Source: Chiloscyllium plagiosum
Lineage: Eukaryota
Assembly: GCF_004010195.1 (NCBI RefSeq)
Contig: NC_057719.1
Span: 30,703,619 to 30,742,823, forward strand
Length of the DNA: 39,205 bases
Direction of reading: 5' to 3'
Shown here: piece after piece, positions 34,022-39,205 of the stretch
How the letters are laid out: the number at the start of each line of letters is the position of its first letter
How positions within the stretch are numbered: position 1 is the stretch's first letter
Notes under the pieces: generated by a model
Told to the model about the DNA's origin: nothing
Seen by the model: the letters and a program-made list of their open reading frames with translations, nothing else
The model's database searches: none
Position numbers and translations under genes: made by a program

Positions 34022-35319
34022 CTCTTATATTCTGTAACTTTGTGAAGCAAGCTTTCCACATGACCTCCATCTATAAGTCAGACTGGCTGTGTGCAGGGAC
34101 TTCAAAGAAAGAAACTCAAAGCAGGCCTGCAGTTAAATTCTGCAGGAACCTAAAAAAATCCTGTTCTTCAAGGTGTCATGTCCTCACAAGAACAGAAGCA
34201 AATCCCATCTCCTGCTTCCACACACAACTCAGTGAAGTCCACATATTGGTAAACTCAGTACAATGCAAATGCACCACAGCCAGTGCCATTTACAGTTAAT
34301 TTCCTCACAGTATTTAGAAATTAAATCATCAGTTTCTCTGGCAGTACTGTTTATTAGTGTGTTTGTAAATGTTTGATTTTTCTTCCCTTTCTGCTGTACC
34401 CAAACAGTACACCTTCCCAGCTCACTAGAATTAATGTCTGAGTGGGAAGGCCAATGGTCAACTTTCCCATCCCAATATAATTTGAGACTCTTAAGAGGCC
34501 AATTAAGGTCCACATAAGGGACTTCAGCCTAAAGCTGGGATTTATCAGTGATAGTGGCCCTGTCACTATGTGACATTCACAGCTGCTGCTACCCTGGAGG
34601 CATTTAACACTTCAGTGCCTGATCGAGGAACTGGATATTGTGCAGTGATGAGCCCACTGTGAGTCAATCCCCGATGCTCACTTGTTCTCACACAATGGCC
34701 CTCAACTTGAAAAATCCCTCCCCTCATTGCATAATGTCATGATTCTGAAAGAATTATTGATTATGCCACATTTACATCCAATCTGATGATGTCACACATC
34801 TGGTGATGATTGTGTTCTCCCTCAACTGAAACCTGGAACGTGTGGAGGGAGCGAATGTATTCCATACAGTGCCCAGGTGTCCTTAGTAATGTCAACTGTA
34901 TCTATTTTTACCATGCAATAAATTACTTAGTTATCAAATTCAATTGTTTCTTCTGTTTAGATTCAGCAAAGATCCATTCTCCACCAACGATAATTAAACA
35001 GACCCTAGATTCAGAATAGAGAAAGAAGGATTAATGGTAATGAACTACCTAAACTAGAATACTACATGCTGGCAGCAGTATAATCTAAAAATATTACATG
35101 ATGCTAATGGCATTATTATGAAGACTTCTAAAGTGCCATGATATGACAAGGTGATCAGCAATACAGATGGAAATTCTATTTAGCTGAACAAAATGTCACA
35201 GACAGATATCTACTTGAATCTATTTGATCTTGAAAAAAAGAAGAAAAATATTTTGAAGAAAAATGCATTTACTATTTCCTGACCATGTTACACTCGTTTT
35301 AAACAGGAGCAAAGGAATT

Positions 35320-36400
35320 AAACTCTGGAGGTGAGGCAAATGTGATTGACCTTGACATGAAGACAGCATTTGAAACTGGCATCAAGGAGTCCTTGCAAAA
35401 CTTGAGTCAATGAAAATCAAGAGAAAAAGCCTTTACTGTATTGGAGCCATTCTGAACACAATATTTGTGATTGTTGGATATCAATCATCTCAGTTCTGAA
35501 ACACCATTGAAGACGTTCCCCAAGGTAGTTTTCTAGACTCAATCATCTTAATTTGCTTAGTCAATAACATTCCTTCCATTGTAAGGTCAGAATAGGGGAG
35601 GTTGACTGATGACTGCACAATATTCAATATCATTCACAGTTTCTTAGATACTAAAGCACTCTGTGTCTATATACAGCAGGACTTGGACAACATCCAGGTG
35701 TGGGCTGATAGGTCTTCATGCTACACTAGTACTGGGTAATGCCCATATCCAAGAATAGAAAATCTAACAATCTATCCTTGGTACTCAATGGCATCTTTAT
35801 CACTGAGTCTCAATTATTGATAACTTGATGGTTGTCTTTGACTAGAAACTGAACTAAATGGAACCAGCCATATAAATACTATGGATAAAAAAAGCAAGAA
35901 ACCTATCACTATCTACAAGACGCAACTTAGAAGGATGATGGAATGCTCTCCATGTGCCTGGATGAGTGCAAATCCAATATCACTCAATTAGCTTGACACG
36001 ATTCAGACAAAACAGCCCATTTGATTTGCACACCATTCACCACCTTCAAGTTTCATACCCTCCACCACTGATGTGACACACAATGGCAGCAGTGTGCACA
36101 AAATGCACTGCAGGAACTTGCCAAGACTCCTTTGACAGCACATTCCAAACCTAGAGCTCCACTACCTAGATGGATAAGAGCAACGGATGTTTCGGGACTC
36201 CCAGACCTGCAGTTCCCCTTTAATTACACATCCTCCTGATTTGGAACTATATTTCTGGTCTTCCATTGTTACTAGGTCTAACCCTGGATCTCCCCTCCTA
36301 ATGGGTGAATCATCCTCAGTTGACTGCAGCAGTTCAAGAACAACTTTCCCAACGGCAATTAAGGATGAGCAATAAATGCTGATCTAGCCAACAACACTTG
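35320..36400 (+). mobile_element. LINE 3' fragment (second family), RT to 3' end
   Basis: DLDMKTAF, VPQGSFL, LTDDCTIF, QQDLDNIQVWAD, IYKTQLRRMMECSPCAWMS; ends caataaatgctgatctagccaac. Confidence 0.8.
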
Positions 36401-36509
36401 ACCAATGAGGAGTCTACCACCTCAACTAATAATTTGAGGTGGAATATACACTTTGTTCAGTTTCTCTGGAGGTACACTTGAAAAAAAAACACAGATAAAA
36501 TGTGTTGCA

Positions 36510-36740
36510 GCTTTCTGCAGCTTTCCTCCATTCAAATAATGCTATTTTGTTCTGCCTTCCAAAATGAACAACTTCACATTTTGCCACATAATACTCTATT
36601 TGCCAACTTTTTGCTCACTTACTTAACCTATCAATATCTCTTTGTAATCTATTTGTATCCCCTTTGCAACTTGCCTTTCCACCTATTTTTGTTAGCTGTA
36701 AAGTTATCTACAGTGCCTTTGCTTCCTAACATTCATTAGT
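36510..36740 (-). mobile_element. CR1 RT fragment
   Basis: ccttccaaaatgaacaacttcacattt...tttgccaactttttgctcacttacttaacctatcaatatc = DIDRLS.WAK.WQ..YNV.KCEVVHFG on minus. Confidence 0.75.
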
Positions 36741-38079
36741 TGCTATTAGTGACAAACATTGAGATGTTGTCAGTGGTAGTTTAGCACTCTTAGGAAGTTC
36801 TAACACACATAAATGCTGTAAATGTTGAGGAAGCTTATGTTTATAATTAACTAATTTACACTACCCAGAATCTCTGTAAATGCCACTGAGACTGATTTTA
36901 TTGTCAGAAACTTGGGTTTACCTGGATACCTATCCATTTTGTGCCACAGACCATTGCAGAATTTTGCCACAGCGACTATTGTTATAAAATTATACTGGAG
37001 TAGATTAAATAGAAAGATTATGGTAACAGGTACTTGCTTAAAAAAAGTCAATGTTTTAAAAAGCCAGACAATTTTCTTGTCTGTCTGATTTCTATTTATT
37101 TCGAGTCCTATAAAATTGACAGATTACGAAATCATAGGGACTAAATTCTATCTATAAAAATCTATTTTTCTCTACTTTGTTTCTGGGAAAAGGATTGGAT
37201 CACAGGAGACATTTTGTGTTGTATTCATATTTCACAAAGATGGCACCATTGCAAATTATAGTCACCAGAAAGAACCAACTGAAGTAAAAAGATAATAATG
37301 GGTAAGTTAGTACTGAAAGTTTAGCCAGATGTAAGAGTCATACAGGAAATTATAGGTGCAGGTTTGGCTTTTCTTACAGGTTATTGGCTAATAATTCATG
37401 TTAATATCCATCCCAATATAAGGTCATTAATTAATTGTCCTCACGGTGATGGATACCACTCCATTGATCCCGAATGATATAACGTAGTTCCTGAGCAATG
37501 CAAACTCAAACTGTACAAATTGATGCCACAACTTCAATATGCAGTTGCTAATTTAGGAAATCGGAGAATTGAATCTCTGTAAATAATGAAATTTCATCAT
37601 CACAAAATTCATGAGTAAGCAAGTTACCATTTGAATTTTGATACGTACAAGATGTAGTGCTCACATAAAAGTGCATTTAAAAAAGCATTCACTTTCAATA
37701 TGTTTGATACTATTCAACTTCCTGCATTAGATTTGTTTGTGTGTGTGAGGATTTATGAATGAGAATTTATAACTGAATCTTTCGTAATAGGATCAAAAAT
37801 AAAAGTCAGAGGGCTAGATTTCATGATAGGCCTGAAATTTGACCCCATGACAGGAAGCAAAAACCAATTTAATGTGTTTGAGGCTGTGGTTTAAGAAACT
37901 ATTTTGTGACATCTGAGCAATTAACTGCGAGCAAGCGGAGGAGGCATCAAGTCAGGTGACTTTGGAAGTGCTGTTGTCATGATTAACGAACTGCCAGAAC
38001 TCGTCGAAATTGATATACCCACAAGAAACAAAAGTGGAAGACCTGAGGAAGAAGATCTAACTCAGGTAGATAGATAATC

Positions 38080-38275
38080 CAGGCTGGCCCTAACATCAGT
38101 GACAAGTCCTTCAGACTGGCTTGAAAATGTAAGACGTTCTCTCTCTTCAGGAGGGGAGGAAATGACCTCCCTACCAGACCAATGACGCTTCGACAGAAAT
38201 TGTAAAGGAAATCAGTACCTGTGAGGTCATCCCCAGACTATAGTTGCAGTGCTGAAGGCATGTTAATGACCTCAG
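38080..38275 (+). mobile_element. Harbinger Myb/SANT-like DNA-binding gene remnant
   Basis: 38133-38273 reads DVLSLQEGRK*PPYQTNDASTEIVKEISTCEVIPRL*LQC*RHVNDL, fitting the trihelix motif ...AWxEVAxxVSxxxxxPRTWxQCRKRxNDL. Confidence 0.6.
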
Positions 38276-38474
38276 ACTGCCAAGTTGAGTGTATTGCCAA
38301 TTGTATTCCTCAGCGGTTTACATGTGGCAATGCGTGATGGTGAGATTGGTGAAAGGGGAGTGCCAATGCAGTCACTGCTTGGCAATGACCAGTTAGCTGG
38401 GCTTGTTGTTGGAGGCGTGCCATCTTCTCTGTGAAGGGTTACATTCCAGCTGACTCCCATGCTGATATATCTGA

Positions 38475-38952
38475 TTGGTCAGTTTTGTTTTATTCACTTG
38501 TGGGTATGGGTGTGGCTGGCTGAACCAGCAGTTATTGCCCATCCCTAGGTTCCCTTGGGGAAGCTGCCATCTTGAACCGCTGCCATCCATCTGCTGTAGT
38601 TAGACTCAAAATCCCATTAGGGAGGGAATTCCAGAATTTTTAACAAAGCAAAACTGAAAGAATGACCATATATTTCCAAGCCAGAATGGTGAGTGGTTTG
38701 GAGGGGAGCTTGCAGGTGATGGTGTTCCCATGTATCTGCTGTCCTTGTTCTTTTAGATGGAAGTTGTCGTGGGTTTAGAAGGTGTTGTCTGAGAATACTT
38801 TGTGAATTTCTGCAGTGCATCTTGTAGGTACTGCTACTACTGAGTGTCAATGGCTGAGGTTGTGGATGCTGTAGATGATGAAGCAATTAAGCAGGCTGCT
38901 TGTCCTGGATGGTGTCAAGCTTCTTGAGTATTGTTGGAGCTGCACCCATCTA
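38475..38952 (-). mobile_element. LINE 3' fragment (second family)
   Basis: Minus strand MGAAPTILKKLDTIQDK...TYKMHCRNS; homologous to 35950-36400. Confidence 0.8.
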
Positions 38953-38965
38953 GGTTGAAATCTTT

Positions 38966-39205
38966 GAGGAGAAAGTGAGGTCTACAAAATCCACAAACCT
39001 GACTGCCCTGGCCGACCCATTGTCTCCGCCTGCTCCTGCCCCACCGAACTCATCTCCGCATACCTTGACACCGTCCTGTCCCCCTTAGTCCAAGAACTCC
39101 CCACCTACGTTCGGGACACCACCCATGCCCTCCACCTGCTCCATGATTTTCGCTTCCCCGGTCCCCAACGCCTTATTTTCACCATGGACATCCAGTCCCT
39201 GTACA
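38966..39205 (+). mobile_element. Young Penelope/Neptune-like element, 5'-truncated, running off the window
   Basis: 15-nt inverted terminus gaggagaaagtgagg, then open frame from 38986: KIHKPDCPGRPIVSACSCPTELISAYLDTVLSPLVQELPTYVRDTTHALHLLHDFRFPGPQRLIFTMDIQSLY. Confidence 0.9.

Noticed and set aside
32926..34299. 457-aa ORF as a novel gene
   Set aside because: Mostly off-frame read-through of a C-rich Penelope/Neptune remnant; the true RT/GIY-YIG frame is broken
7300..39205. A second host gene, CRISPR array or prokaryote-type system downstream of KCNK10
   Set aside because: Every ORF with recognisable motifs is transposon-derived; no repeat-spacer array; small exons of another gene cannot be excluded by eye

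Overview
Vertebrate genomic DNA, almost certainly from a cartilaginous fish (shark-type HE1/V-SINE, DeuSINE, CR1 and Penelope families; species not determinable here). The only host gene is the 3' end of KCNK10 (TREK-2 two-pore K+ channel) on +: penultimate coding exon 116-258, 5.5-kb intron, last coding exon 5759-6364 and a 3' UTR to about 7290 with a miR-124 8mer site. The rest is repeat-dense intronic/intergenic DNA: many nested CR1-type LINE fragments, a full-length but dead 5.7-kb L1 with target-site duplication (TSD; 23841-29519), a solo LTR, SINEs, Harbinger remnants, a 500-N gap and at least three families of Penelope-like elements (PLEs). The strongest signal not explained by ORFs is a set of about 10 minimal hammerhead-ribozyme motifs (CUGANGA-A-stem II-GAAA-palindrome-UH) with covarying stem II, carried by PLE termini and by tiny (110-550 bp) TSD-flanked insertions, some arranged as inverted repeats. 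A repeat-free block at about 22900-23650 has a near-perfect 29-bp palindrome and five TGACAG motifs (candidate enhancer). PLE hammerheads are known in general, so nothing here is demonstrably a wholly new system; family names are from memory of consensus motifs, not database searches.
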